Positions 25,056-37,265 of a stretch of DNA of 64,000 nucleotides are shown one piece after another. The position numbers were made by a program, and so were the translations under genes. The DNA is from Negaprion brevirostris. Taxonomy: Eukaryota. Numbering within the stretch: position 1 is the first letter of the stretch; every line of letters begins with the position of its first letter. The DNA lies in NCBI GenBank assembly GCA_030324005.1, contig JARDVH010000130.1:13788129-13852128 (forward strand). The letters are read 5' to 3'. The notes below the pieces were generated by a model. The model made no database searches and was not told the origin of the DNA. It saw nothing but the letters and a program-made list of their open reading frames with translations.

Positions 25056-25659
25056 TGATGTGGAGATTCCAGCGTTGGACCGGGGTAAGCACAGTAAGAA
25101 GTCTCACAACACTAGGTTAAAGTCCAACGGGTTTATTTGGCAGCACTATCTTTCAGAGTCTCAAGCTCCTTCATCAGGTGAGTGAGGACTTGTGTTCACA
25201 AACAGGACATATAAAGACACAAACTCAATTTAAAAGATAATGGTTGGAACGCGAGTCTTTACAGGTAATCAAGTCTTAAAGGTACAGACAATGTGAGTGA
25301 AGAGGGGGCCAAGCACAGGTTAAAGAGATGTGTATTGTCTCCTGCCAGGACAGTTAATGAAATTTGCAAGCCCAGGCAAGTCGTGGGGGTTACAGATAGG
25401 GTGACATGAACCCAAGATTCCGGTTGAGGCCATCCTCATGTGTGCGGAACTTGGCTACCAGTTTCTGCTCAGCAACTTTGCATTGTCATGTGTCTCACAT
25501 TCCAACCATTACCTTGTAAATTGAGTTTGTGTCTTTATACACCCTGTTTGTGAACACAAGTCCTCACTCACCTGATGAAGGAGCTTGAGACTCCGAAAGC
25601 TAGTGCTGCCAAATAAACCTGTCGGACTTTAACCTGGTATTGTGAGACTTCTTACTGTG
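25056..25659 (-). mobile_element. 5'-truncated Penelope-like element with inverted pseudo-LTR
   Basis: Minus strand 25494-25390 reads DT*QCKVAEQKLVAKFRTHEDGLNRNLGFMSPYL* (GIY-YIG C-terminus). Inverted arms at 25090-25255 and 25494-25659, about 13 mismatches in 166 bp. Confidence 0.88.
25569..25605 (+). ncRNA. Minimal type I hammerhead ribozyme motif in the Penelope LTR
   Basis: cac-CTGATGA-a-ggag-cttgaga-ctcc-GAAA-gc-TA-gtg: core boxes, 4-bp stem II, palindromic AGCT stem III, cac/gtg stem I. Confidence 0.75.
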
Positions 25660-26445
25660 TACATAAGAAATAGGAGCAGGAGTAGGCCATCTAGCCCTTC
25701 GAGCCTGCCCCACCATTCAATAAGATCATGACTGATCTAAGATATAAGATAAATAGAATATAAAAATAGGAAAATTTTACTGCGCTGTACAGGGCCTTGG
25801 TGAGACCACATTGGGGTTGGAATTCTCCATCCTACTGCAGCGAATGGAGATTTGGCTGAGCGCCAAACTCTCTGTTCTTGCTGGCAGTGGTGGCAAGGTG
25901 TCTGACATCAGAGAATTCCGGCCCCTAAATACTGTGTGTCGCCTTGGTCTCCTTATTTGTAAAAAAAAAATGACTGTTTTAGAAACAACCCAGACAGGGT
26001 TCACTCAACTCGTTCCTCAGATGAAGGGCTTCTATTTAGAAAGGTTGAAACGGTTGGGCCTATACCCATTGGAGTTTAGAAAAATGAGAGGTGATCTTTT
26101 TGAGATGCACAAGGTCCTGTAGGGACTCGCAGAGTGTTCTCTCTTATGAAGGAGACAAAACTAGGGGACATAGCTTGAGAATAAGAGGCCTACCTTTTGA
26201 GACAGGGATGCCGAGATTTTTTATCCTCTTGGAGGGTCATTAGTCTGTGGAATTCTCTTCTGCAGAACCCAGTGGAGGCTGGGTCATGGAATTTATTCAA
26301 GACTGAGTTAGATAGCTTTTTATTGACATGTGGGGACAGACAGAAAAGGGGAGCTGAGACCACAGCCAGATCAGCCATTTATCAAAACAAAAGAGTAGGT
26401 TTGAAGTGCCAAATAACCTATTCCTACTCCTGAGTCCTATATTCC
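25660..26445 (+). mobile_element. CR1 3' region, with a short inverted tail piece at 25660-25738
   Basis: LYRALVRPH..LERLKRLGLYPLEFRKMRGDLFE..RVISLWNSL; tail cctattcctactcctgagtcctat. Confidence 0.85.
25813..25925. mobile_element. 113-bp MITE inserted in CR1
   Basis: TIRs GGGGTTGGAATTCTC / GAGAATTCCGGCCCC (13 of 15 match); splits the CR1 motif RPH|LEYC. Confidence 0.8.
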
Positions 26446-26984
26446 TACTCAAGAAGCAACCTCTGGGAATACTTAAAATATTCATTTTATATGGTTTGTA
26501 TCACTTAACTATATAATATTCTGAAATAATGATTTTGAGTCGTTCTCTGGTGCTGAGGGATGGGATGGGATTCCGTTTCTCTCAATGTTAAATTCAGATG
26601 CTTGATCCAGTGTGAATACAACCACCCGTTAAAAAGCTGGTCAATTGAGACCTGACAATGGGGGAAAAGAAAGTGCATTTGTGCAATGCTACTCCAGTAA
26701 TGCCTTCTTTGAAGAACAAGAATTACAAATTTACTGTGGTAATCAAGCAAGAACACATTTTCTGTTCAAGTAAATGATTGCGAACAGTACAATTTTTTCA
26801 GAGGAAACATAGCAGAATTGGCAAAAAGCACTTGTACTGTGGTAAATGGAGTAAAACATATACATAAATAACTGAATATAAAGGAGAAATTCACCAACAC
26901 TATCTATTCTGTATGGTGCATAACTAGTGCCAGAGATACTATGTCAAAGAAGAGATTTAGCTCTCTACATCAATAGCGTAATGT

Positions 26985-27150
26985 CATTCTCCCCATATCA
27001 AGGTGGATTTCCTCCACGTACTCCAGTTTCCCCCACAGTCCGAAAGATGTACTGGTTAGGTCATTTTAAATTCTCCTTCAGCATGCTCGAATAAGTGCCG
27101 GAGCGTGGTGACTAGGGGATTTTCACAATAACTTGATTGCAATGTTAATN
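26985..27150 (+). mobile_element. V-SINE 3' half, Rex1-like tail
   Basis: V-domain remnant followed by ggtgactaggggattttcacaataacttgattgc. Confidence 0.75.
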
Positions 27151-27329
27151 NNNNNNNNNNNNNNNNNNNNNNNNNNNNNNNNNNNNNNNNNNNNNNNNNN
27201 NNNNNNNNNNNNNNNNNNNNNNNNNNNNNNNNNNNNNNNNNNNNNNNNNTCCCTCCTCCAGATCAACTATATAAATGGTAAATAGCTGAGGCCCCAGCAC
27301 TGACCCCTGGGGCACTAGAACTGAATATA

Positions 27330-27820
27330 AGCTTTTGTTAAATTACTCCACATGATGGAATGGAATACCTGCCAATGTTCCTCAAGCCCATCTGAAATGC
27401 AATTACGTCAGGAATCAGCGGTGAGGGGAGAACCGTATAACCCGGGCACCATCTCTGGGACTCCACCATCTTTCTTTTTCCTTCCAACTATTAACTTTTA
27501 ACCTCTGGCAGGATTTCTCCATTTTTGTTTGGTCTGTGTAGGCATGTGTGTGACTTAGGGTATCTCAAATCGAGTAATAAGCAAACCTTCAAACTCTGTG
27601 TTAGACTTTCTGTTCAATAAGACTGGTTTTAAGATAAACTAATGAGTTTGTAGTTTATTGAAAGAAGCCTGGTTCCAGTCTCTTCTACCCTGAGGAACAG
27701 TAGCAAAGGTAAACAGCTGGCCATTTTGCTGAGTGAATCAAACTTTAAAACTGATGGTGCAGCCTGTGGAATACTGGGGCTAGTCACACTGTTCACTCCT
27801 CCCATCATGGTTGTAATGAC
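27330..27820 (+). mobile_element. LTR-like remnant
   Basis: TATA-like gtataacc, aataa signals, end resembling ..gttgtaat; followed by a 30-bp Penelope LTR piece at 27822-27851. Confidence 0.35.
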
Positions 27821-28242
27821 ATTTAACCTGGTGTTGTGAGACTTCTTACTGTATTCCTAGAGTACACAGTGAATGCTACAATGAGGCTAATGTATCTCTT
27901 TATATACAATTTGTCAACACAAATGACTCTGTTACTCACTGCCCTGGTAATTTTTGCCACCTGCATATTATTGAGTGAATCAATATGGAAAATTTCATGG
28001 ATAATGATCACTTGAGTTGTTAAGATGTAAATGCGTGTTATCGAACATGTCAGCCTGCTGCCAACTCCTACCACAGAATTTAAAGTCCACCGATGACACT
28101 ATCTAAGGCGGTCAATATTATTGAGCAGATAAATGATGCAGGAATGAAATATAAATTGTTTGGGATGAGATTGATGGTCCAGGATGGAGAAGTTTCCTAG
28201 TCATCTTCAAAATCTTTGGCGTCTTCATCCAAATCAACACTG

Positions 28243-28588
28243 GAGCACATAGTGGCACAGGGGTTGACACTGCTGCCACTCAGCGCCACGGACAGGGATT
28301 CAATTCCAGCCTTGGTTGACTGCCTGTGTGGAGTTTGCACATTCTCCCCGTGTCTGTGTGGGTTTCCCTCCAGGTGCTCTGGTTTCCTCCCATAGTCCAA
28401 AGATATGCAGATTAGGTTGACTGGCCATGTTAAATTGCCACTTAGTGTCCCAGAATATGTAGGTTAGGGGGATTATCAGGGTGAATATGTGGGGTTATGG
28501 AAATAGAGCCAAGGTGGGATGCTCCGTTGGAGATTGATGCAGACCGATGGGTCGAATGGCCTCCTTCTACATTGTACAGCTTCTATAA
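28243..28588 (+). mobile_element. HE1-like V-SINE, CR1-type tail
   Basis: Head, V-domain, tail gatgggtcgaatggcctccttctacattgt. Confidence 0.9.
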
Positions 28589-28967
28589 TTGTCCACAAGA
28601 TAGAAATATGTTCCTTCCTCTTCTTCACTTATGCTTTGAGTTGCTGTGATGGACCAATAAGAAATAAAGATAAGGGCTAGGAATGGATATGTCTTGTCCT
28701 GGGAGATTGAGGTGGAAGTAAATAGGGATTCTCTGCCAGATTACTGGACTCAAGATCAGCAGCTGATGATTGTCAAGGTTGGCACACACACCAACCTACA
28801 ATTTCCTATCCAATCTCACTATCTCCCACAGTCAGAACAGAGCACCTGCTCAGTGGTCTAATGGCCTGAATCTCATAGAAGGTTAGCTCTTTTATATTAG
28901 CCATGCCACACATCAAATTCTTCACCAGGATTGTGAGTTAATTCCCTGAAACAAATTGAGTGCATTA

Positions 28968-29200
28968 CGATTCCAGCTTGGGTGACCGTCCCTGCATTCT
29001 CCCCACGTCTGTGTGGGTTTCCTCCGGGTGCTCTGGTTCCTCCCACAGTCTGAAAGACGTACTTGTTAGGTATATTGGCCGAGCTAAATTCTCCCTCAGT
29101 GTACCTAAACTGGTGTAGGACTATGGAGACAAGTGGAGTTGCATAGTAACTTAATTGCTGTGTTAATGTAAGCCTACTCATGACACTAATAATAAACATT
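28968..29200 (+). mobile_element. V-SINE, 5'-truncated, Rex1-like tail
   Basis: V-domain followed by gtgttaatgtaagcctactcatgacactaataataaac. Confidence 0.85.
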
Positions 29201-30048
29201 TGACTAATGGGAGGAATTTCCCCCGAAATAGTATCAGATAGCTGCTGTTATGGATGTGTTTTTAGAACCCTATTACTGTATATATTGGAATTATAAGAAG
29301 CTGAATACCATTAGGGCTTATAAAAAAAACTTGGCATTCCAGCTGTAATCGAAGAGTTAGAAAGCATTTGAAACATGCTATGTGAAGGGAGCCTTGGACA
29401 CCAAGCACAGATAGAAGGTGATCAGTGCCATGATTCTGATAAAGCTCAAAAGGAAAATAAGCACGTATCACACTTCTCTAAAGTTACACGTCCTCTTCAG
29501 GCCATTGAACTTCCTGCACTTGACTGCTGTCCAAGGAATGAGTGAAATGGCATTTACTGCCAATGCCATCCCCTTTCAAGTGACTCTTGCAACATTCCTT
29601 TGTGGTTTTCTTCCACATGAGCCGAGTAACATCTCATCTTATTTTATATCTCATTAGAGCCTGGAGGTTTCATTCCCAAATTGCGATTGTGTTAAATGGG
29701 GATAAAACTCTACCTGCCTCTCAAGAACATATGTTACATTATCAGTAAATTAGCAGATTTCTTAGTTAAGATACACAATTATGCAGGGATCCATACATGC
29801 AGAACTCTCCAAAAAAAAGGAAGAGCAACCTTTGTACAGGGAGCAACCTCACTGGGACATATAGGAATTCTAGCCCGCGTCTCATCTCTCCTGCTGCAAA
29901 AGGAAGAGTTTCTGCTTCAACAGTATTCATGCTGGCTGGTGAAACTGAAACTAAGATACAGAGATTTCTTCATTGAGAGACTTTCTTGATTTGTTCAATC
30001 TCGTCACTCTACTTCCACACAAACCAATGCCCCAGCACTCCCCTATTT

Positions 30049-30163
30049 ATGATTTGGATATGCCGGCATTGGTCTGGAGTAGAAAGCTCACAACACCAGG
30101 TTAAAGTCCAACAGGTTTATTTCAAATCACAAGCTTTAGGAGTGCTGCTCCCTCATCAGAGTG
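30049..30163 (-). mobile_element. Penelope LTR fragment with mutated hammerhead
   Basis: ctcacaacaccaggttaaagtccaacaggtttattt; minus strand CTGATGAgggagcagcactccTAAAgc. Confidence 0.8.
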
Positions 30164-31599
30164 AAAAAGCAAACTATTTTTATTTTTTAAACTTCACACT
30201 TTTTCAGAGGGAACAGTGCTCCAAACTTGTAAAATTAATATGTCATCACAGAGCCCAAAGTAAGTAGAGCCTGCATATTTCGCTCAACCTTTACTACTTA
30301 TAGAATCCAGGTAACACTTTAACCAATCCACGCCCACATACAGAGGACATGCACCCACTGTATAACACAATACAATTGAATGAGTCCACAACTAGGACAC
30401 CTATTGGCAAACTAAAGCTTCTGATGACCAATACAATTCGGTCTGACTGAACAGCATTATCATCGCCCTCTTCCCATCATTCCTTGTCATGTGGCATTTC
30501 AATTCATTGCATAATGATATTTCAAATTACATCTGAAACAATTGTTTACCATTCTTCGATTATTCCTGGGATTTATTGTCCATTATGCCCCAATCCCTGT
30601 CATCGGTTAGAATTACCAAAAGGATCTCATATGTTTGTTGTTTTTTTCATGTGGACAATTGCACCCCATGCCTCAACAGTCTTGAAAAGCTGCCAACATT
30701 GAATTCTTCATTTTTTGGGTACCCGGTAAAAGTCTTGCTGATGCTACAAAAGTTTTTCCCAAGTTTTATTTTACAGATTCAGGTGCCTGTTCCAGAAGTG
30801 TGTCTCTTTCTGAGAATCTAACTCCAGTCAAGACCTGGAGCTTATCCATGTGTGATACTTTAGCACAATTCAACAAGTCCAACTTCAAATAACAGCAGAA
30901 AACCACACCCTGATACTTTACTCTTGGTTTCAGCCATTCTTCTCTCTACAGTAACTCCAACTACAATCTCCTGTCAGAAAAGGTGTCTTAGTTTTCAGTT
31001 TATAGCTTTAGGCCAATCATTCCCTGTTATTGTAATGACTTCAATCACACCATTGAGGTTGGCCTATTGAAATATGAACTCCCTGATCAAGGAGTCAATT
31101 GATGGATCAATCAAGGAGTCTTTTCCTTGTTTTTAACTAAGCGTGTCAGTTCCTCTGGCAGTCCTGAAGGTAGACTGATGACTTATAGCATTCCGAATGC
31201 TGCAGCTGGAATTGTAAATAAAGGGATTTTGGTGAAGGGACTTCTGCCTTTGAAGACGNNNNNNNNNNNNNNNNNNNNNNNNNNNNNNNNNNNNNNNNNN
31301 NNNNNNNNNNNNNNNNNNNNNNNNNNNNNNNNNNNNNNNNNNNNNNNNNNNNNNNNNNTCCATCAGACTGTTTAGCAAAGGAAGACTGCTTCATTTTAAT
31401 TATTTAATTATTTCTAACTTTGTTTACCATCTGTACAAAATCAGATACAACACTTAAATACATTTCTCTTTTTGATTATATCTTTATTACTCCTCTCCCA
31501 ACCTTTAAGGAACTATTTACAATGTAATTCACTCACTAAACTTTCAGTCATGTGCCCTAGTGTCTCACGATGTCCTCAGATATTGATGCAGTGCATGAC

Positions 31600-32425
31600 C
31601 AAATGCTGCAAGGCCTGGACAGCAGCCAAGCGTGAGCTGATAGGTGGCAAGTAACATGTGTGCCACACAAGAGCCAGACAATGGCCATCTCCAACAAGAG
31701 AGAATCTAACTTTCACCCCTTGAAATTCAATGGCATTACCACCACTGAATCCTCCACTGTCGACATCCTAGGGTTACCATTGACTAGAAATTGAACTGGA
31801 CTAGCCACATAAATACTGTGGCTACAAGAGCACGTCAGTGCTACAAATGCTGAGATGAGTGATTCACTGTCTGACTCCCCAAATCCTGTCCACTATCTAA
31901 AAGGTACAAATCAGGAGTGTAATGGAATACTCTCCAGTTACCTAGCTGAGTGAAGCTCCAACAACATTCAAGAAATTTGATACCATCCAGTACAAAACAA
32001 CCTATTTAACTGGCACCCTACTCACAAACATTCACTCCCTCAGCCACCGATGCAAGGTAGCAGCTGTGCGTCCAATCTAAAAGATGCACTGCAGTAGCTC
32101 ACTAAGGCTCCTTAGGCAGCATCTTCCAAACCCCTGACCATCTGGAAGGACTAGGGCAGCAAATATCTGGGAACTCCACCACCCACAAGTTCCCCTCCAA
32201 GCCATTCACCATCCTGCTTTGGAAATATGTTGCTGTTCCTTCATGTCACTGGGTCAAAATCCTGCAACTCCCTCCTTAACAGCACTTGGAGCATATGACT
32301 TAGACCGCATGGCTACAGCAGTTCAAGGAGGTAACTCACCACCACTTTCTCACGGGCAATTCAGGATGCGCAATAAATGCTGGTCAAGCCAATGAGGTCC
32401 ACATCCCTTGGATGAATTAAACAAA
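31600..32425 (+). mobile_element. CR1/L2-group LINE 3' end
   Basis: RWQVTCVPHKSQTMAIS, LSTI*KVQIRSVMEYSP; tail caataaatgctgg..cccacatcccttggatgaatt. Confidence 0.8.
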
Positions 32426-32834
32426 TGAGGCTCAACCTCATATTTTGTTCATTAATGCTGCTGTGAAGAACCTGGAGACAGTTTACTACATTAAAGGTGA
32501 TATATCAATGCAACTTGTTGTTGTTACTGCCTCCAAGTGGAAAACTGATTTACTGATTCCCCATGTCACTCAAAAAACCATACAGTTCACCAACTGGCAT
32601 TCGTGAAAGCATTCTTTCACAACCATTGTAAAGAAGCATAATAACAAAATACCGTGGATGTTGAAAGCCAATGTTTAGTTACATGATTAGCTCAAAAGGT
32701 TATTGGTCTCTCAGACAAATATCAATGTTAAAAACATCCATTGCTTATCCAGGCTCAGACTCATCAAATAAATGTTAGTAATAGTCTAGTGACAATCTCT
32801 AGCCTTACAACTAAATGTTGACATGGACTCATAA

Positions 32835-33130
32835 CTTTAAAACTTTTTTATTTATTAGTGTTACAATAGGCTTACATTCACACTGCAATAAAGTTAGTGA
32901 AAACCCCCAGTCGCCACACTCTGGCGCCTGTTCGGGTACACTGAGGGAGAATTTAGCAAGGCCAATGCACCTAAACCAGCACCTCTTTCGGACTGTGGAA
33001 GCCAGAACACCCGGAGGAAACCCCCACAGACACAGGGAGAACGTGCCAACTCCGCACAGACAATGACCTAAAGGAGGAATTGAACCCAGATCCTGTGCTG
33101 TGAGGCAGCAGAGCTAACCACTGCCGTCCA
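32835..33130 (-). mobile_element. V-SINE, Rex1-like tail subfamily
   Basis: tttattagtgttacaataggcttacatt..gtgaaaacccccagtcgccacac. Confidence 0.85.
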
Positions 33131-34440
33131 ACTTAGGTTGAATGAAAGACTCACATCAAATTAACCAAGCTTGGTCAATGAAGAAAATCAGATACACAGA
33201 AAGGACAGGATAGATTATTTCCATCGAAAGTTCAACAGATAATACCCGCACCAATAGCTTACCAAGGATGCAAGTTTAAGATTAGCACCAAACTGCTTGG
33301 TTATTACATAGACTCTAATTAACTTGGACTGATTGCACAATTTTGCCTTCTGCATTCCCTGCTAAGTGCAGGAGCAGTCACGGCTGCTTGCAGCTACACC
33401 CAATTCTCACTTAATATGCAGAAGGAATTAACCATTTCCGTGTCGTAAGATCCCAGTTCCACCCTGTAAATACTCTGTTTTACATTGAAATTTGTTTTGT
33501 AAGGAGACGTTCTTTTTATAACACAAAGTTTCAAGGTGTGAAATTCACATTAGCAGCCAGCAATGCAGACATTTAAAATCCAATTCCTGAATTTTTCACT
33601 GAACAGAACAGGAAATCCATTCAGTGTAACAACAAAGATGTCCTACACACGATAACATTACAGGCACACAGTAGAAAATTTAAGGAGATTCTTAATAAAC
33701 TGTGTTTTTTCAAGAATTCCTCTATATTTAATTTATTATTTTTAAAAGTATCCTTAGAATCGTCAAACAAGTTAGTCCTACAAGCTGTCTCCAGGTCAAG
33801 TAGTGACAGAAGCAATATGGAATCCATCGAGCCTGTCCCTGTAGGACACAATGCCTGGGAAATGGGGTCAGACTGCAGAAAGCAAGGAACTCATAGCTGT
33901 GGCTCTTTCACTATACCCACCTTGAAAATTGTGGCTGAGCTCATGAGCAGACAAGCTCATTTGCTTTAATTTCCTCTGCAAGAAACTAAAGGGATTTTTA
34001 AAAGGAATTTGTTTGCTGTGAAATTGCCTGATTGCAATCAATGCAATAACAAAAAGCATTCTATTACAGCAAATCTATTTTAGATATACTACTTGTACGT
34101 TATGTGTGTTGTGCCTGAAGGCAGGTCCTGGGCTTACTATCTGCGGATGATTCATCTTGAGCCATTTNNNNNNNNNNNNNNNNNNNNNNNNNNNNNNNNN
34201 NNNNNNNNNNNNNNNNNNNNNNNNNNNNNNNNNNNNNNNNNNNNNNNNNNNNNNNNNNNNNNNNNNNNNNNNNNNNNNNNNNNNNNNNNNNNNNNNNNNN
34301 NNNNNNNNNNNNNNNNNNNNNNNNNNNNNNNNNNNNNNNNNNNNNNNNNNNNNNNNNNAGAAACATTTCCAAGTCTAAAATATCTAGTGATGCATCAAAA
34401 TCACAAGATGACTCTCCTTTTCAAAGGATATGACACACAA

Positions 34441-34820
34441 CCGGACGGGATTTTACAATCTCCGGCCTCTTTCGTTCTGAAACTATAAAATCCCGCCTGA
34501 GGTTAATGGACCTTTCCATGGTCTGTCCCTCACCTTCTCCGATTCCTATGGCAGGCATGACGGTGAAATTCTGATAAATTTGTCTCAAGATTGATCTTTC
34601 AATATAGAGCAAAAATCTAATGCGACAAATTGCACAATATTCTCAATATATAGAAGATGAATTAGTTTTGTATATCAACATAAGTGAACCCATTAGCCAG
34701 AATTTTACCTTCACGCCCGCCCTGGAACTGGGGTGAGAGCGGCTCACAGGCCAGCTTTCTCCATTGGCCCCGAGCGGGATCTTACGAACCTTGGGCAGGT
34801 GAGGTAGTAAAATCCTGGCA
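34441..34820. mobile_element. Two short MITEs (~34441-34575 and ~34695-34820)
   Basis: Ends gggattttac..gtgaaattctg and gccagaattttacc..gtaaaatcctggc. Confidence 0.65.
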
Positions 34821-34839
34821 ATTATGCTAGTGCAAGCAC

Positions 34840-35200
34840 AAAAAGCAATGGCAGGGAAGTTCTGATATTGCCATATGGATGTCAGGGAGTGATGGAATTG
34901 GTAGCTAGGAAATAATGTATAGAGTGAGGACCAAAAGTGGTTGGCTTTAGTCTTGACAATTTTTAATTCAAGGAATATTATGTTCATCCACTTCATCAGA
35001 AGCAGTCTGATCATTTAGCATCAGCGGATGAATTGAGAAATAATTGTGAAGTGGAGCTGGATGTCGTCAGCATGCACATGGAAACTATACTTATATATAC
35101 AGATGATATAAATGCAGAATAGAAAGTATGGATAGATCCAAGAGAGACACCCAAGGTAACAACATAGGATTGAGAAATCATTGCACCCCGGCCTGATGAG
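34840..35200 (-). mobile_element. Old L2 RT fragment
   Basis: SFHVHADDIQLHF (YADD box); WMNIIFLELKIVKTK. Confidence 0.7.
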
Positions 35201-36994
35201 CAGAAGTGGAGATGTGTTTAAGGAAGATGGGGTGGCCAACAACCTAATGAAATATTTGGTACAGATTCAACATTAGCCCTTGCTCTTGTATTCCATGCTT
35301 CCAGATAGAAAACTAATCACCTTCTTTAATAGCTTCATTATTACATGCTGTCATCTTCAATGACAATATATCTGCACACAAAAATCCCCCTACTCCATTG
35401 GAAATATTACCATTTAAGATGTAAAAAAAAGTCTGAGTCTTTCATCCAAAATCTATTGCTTCAGATTTTTTTTTCCCAGCATCTGCCACCTATCTGTCCA
35501 TCCAATCAGCTGATCAATGTTCCACTTTAGTCTTTCACAATCCTCCATGAGCCCCAATTTAGTGACAAGAGCAAATTTCAATACAGCTTACTCAACTCTG
35601 AAGTAGAAGTTACTTATGTTCAAGTAATTAGGATGGCATTAATGCAGAATCCTTGGAAACTGTTTTCACACATCTTTCAGTTTCATGCAGAAATAACTTA
35701 ATCATTGAAAAAGAAAGACAACCATGAGGATGTTAAAAATACATTGGATGTTTTGATTGGTTCAGTTTCTCACTCCACTTTTTGCTCCAGTTTCAGACCA
35801 AGCCCAGATTTTGAATGTAGGCTGCATGTATAGCTTGAGTACAAAGCGAAAGTCTCACATTGAGTGTCATACCCCGTGAAAGCAATGCCCCATTCATAAC
35901 TTTAAACATAGACTACATTCAGTATATCATTTTCTGCAACTGTTTTTATTTAGAAATGAACACTAACAAGATGGCTAAGATAGCAGGGTCAGATGACAAG
36001 TCTCTGGAAAGCTCCTAACTGAATAACACTCAATGGGGACCACTCCCCTTGAACAGACACACCCCGATGGAACATGTCTGAGGAATTTACAATCTGCTAT
36101 TGTCAGTGGCTCACCTAAAAATAATGCACTTCCAGAATTAAGTTTGAAACTTAACAAAGAAAGCCGCAGAAGACAGCTCATCATCACTGGATATGAGCGG
36201 ATACTCCATCTATTCTCTATTTTATAGCATTGACATTCTGGGTGGACTACAGCAGTTGACCATGTAACCAAAACCGTCTTCAGTTCACTAATTCTTAACA
36301 CCTGAGCTTCAAAGAGAAACTGGTCAGTCTGCAGAGAAGACATCATCGAGGGTGGGGAGGGGGGGGAAATGGGTACAATCTGTACCTTTAAAAACCTGGA
36401 GTTAGTAATATCTTAAGAAGTCTCNNNNNNNNNNNNTTTCATTGTCTGCAAATATAGAAACTTGACCTCCTGGTAAGAAAAACAACAAGAGATTAACTTT
36501 GTAATGGGCTGAACATTGAGGGAATCACACAATAATGTTGCCACATGGCTCCAGCCACGAAAATACCCTCTCAGAGCGAAGATGTCACCTTCACTAAGCC
36601 TGTCAGATAACTGCTTTTCCTACAATAAGCCAAACACATTAACTATGAACTACATTTTGGCTTGCAAGTTATAAAAGTGTGTTATTCTTTGAACTGCATC
36701 GTTCTCAGGTGTGTGAGTAACGTTACATTTAGATTTTTGGAGTGAATGCTTGATTACATAATCTTCTTCATTTAAACCCATGAAAACTTGCTGCTGATTA
36801 TTTAAAATGTAACCACACACTTGGGGACTGAGGACAATCATCACTTTTCTTTCCAAAAATCACACTGATTATGGAAAGTAAGAGAAATATTAAGGGTTTC
36901 AGTTCTCTCCCTTCTCTGTCCATAACGCAATAGTGTTCTACGGAAGTGCAAGTACAACCTTAATCTCCTCTTCCATTGACCTAAAGAGTCAGTT

Positions 36995-37265
36995 TTAAAG
37001 TTAATTTATTACTGTAACAAGTCGCCTTAGATTAACACTGCAATGACGTTACTGTGAAAATCCTGTATTGCCAAACTCCGGTGCCTGTTCGGGTACACTA
37101 AGGGAAAATTTGGCATGGCCAATACACCTAATCAGCACTCGGAGGAAGCCCAGGCAGACACGGGGAGAACGTGCAGACTCCGCACAGACAGGGACCCAAG
37201 CTGCGAATCGAACCTGGGTCCCTGGCACATTGAGGCTGCAGTGCTAACCACTGTGCCACCGTGCT
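36995..37265 (-). mobile_element. V-SINE, Rex1-like tail subfamily
   Basis: aacactgcaatgacgttactgtgaaaatcc..gaatcgaacctgggtccctgg..ccactgtgccaccgtgc. Confidence 0.9.

Noticed and set aside
28197-28245. Acidic peptide SSVDLDEDAKDFEDD* on the minus strand
   Set aside because: Only 15 codons, fused to a SINE-derived ORF, with no splice acceptor or recognisable homology.
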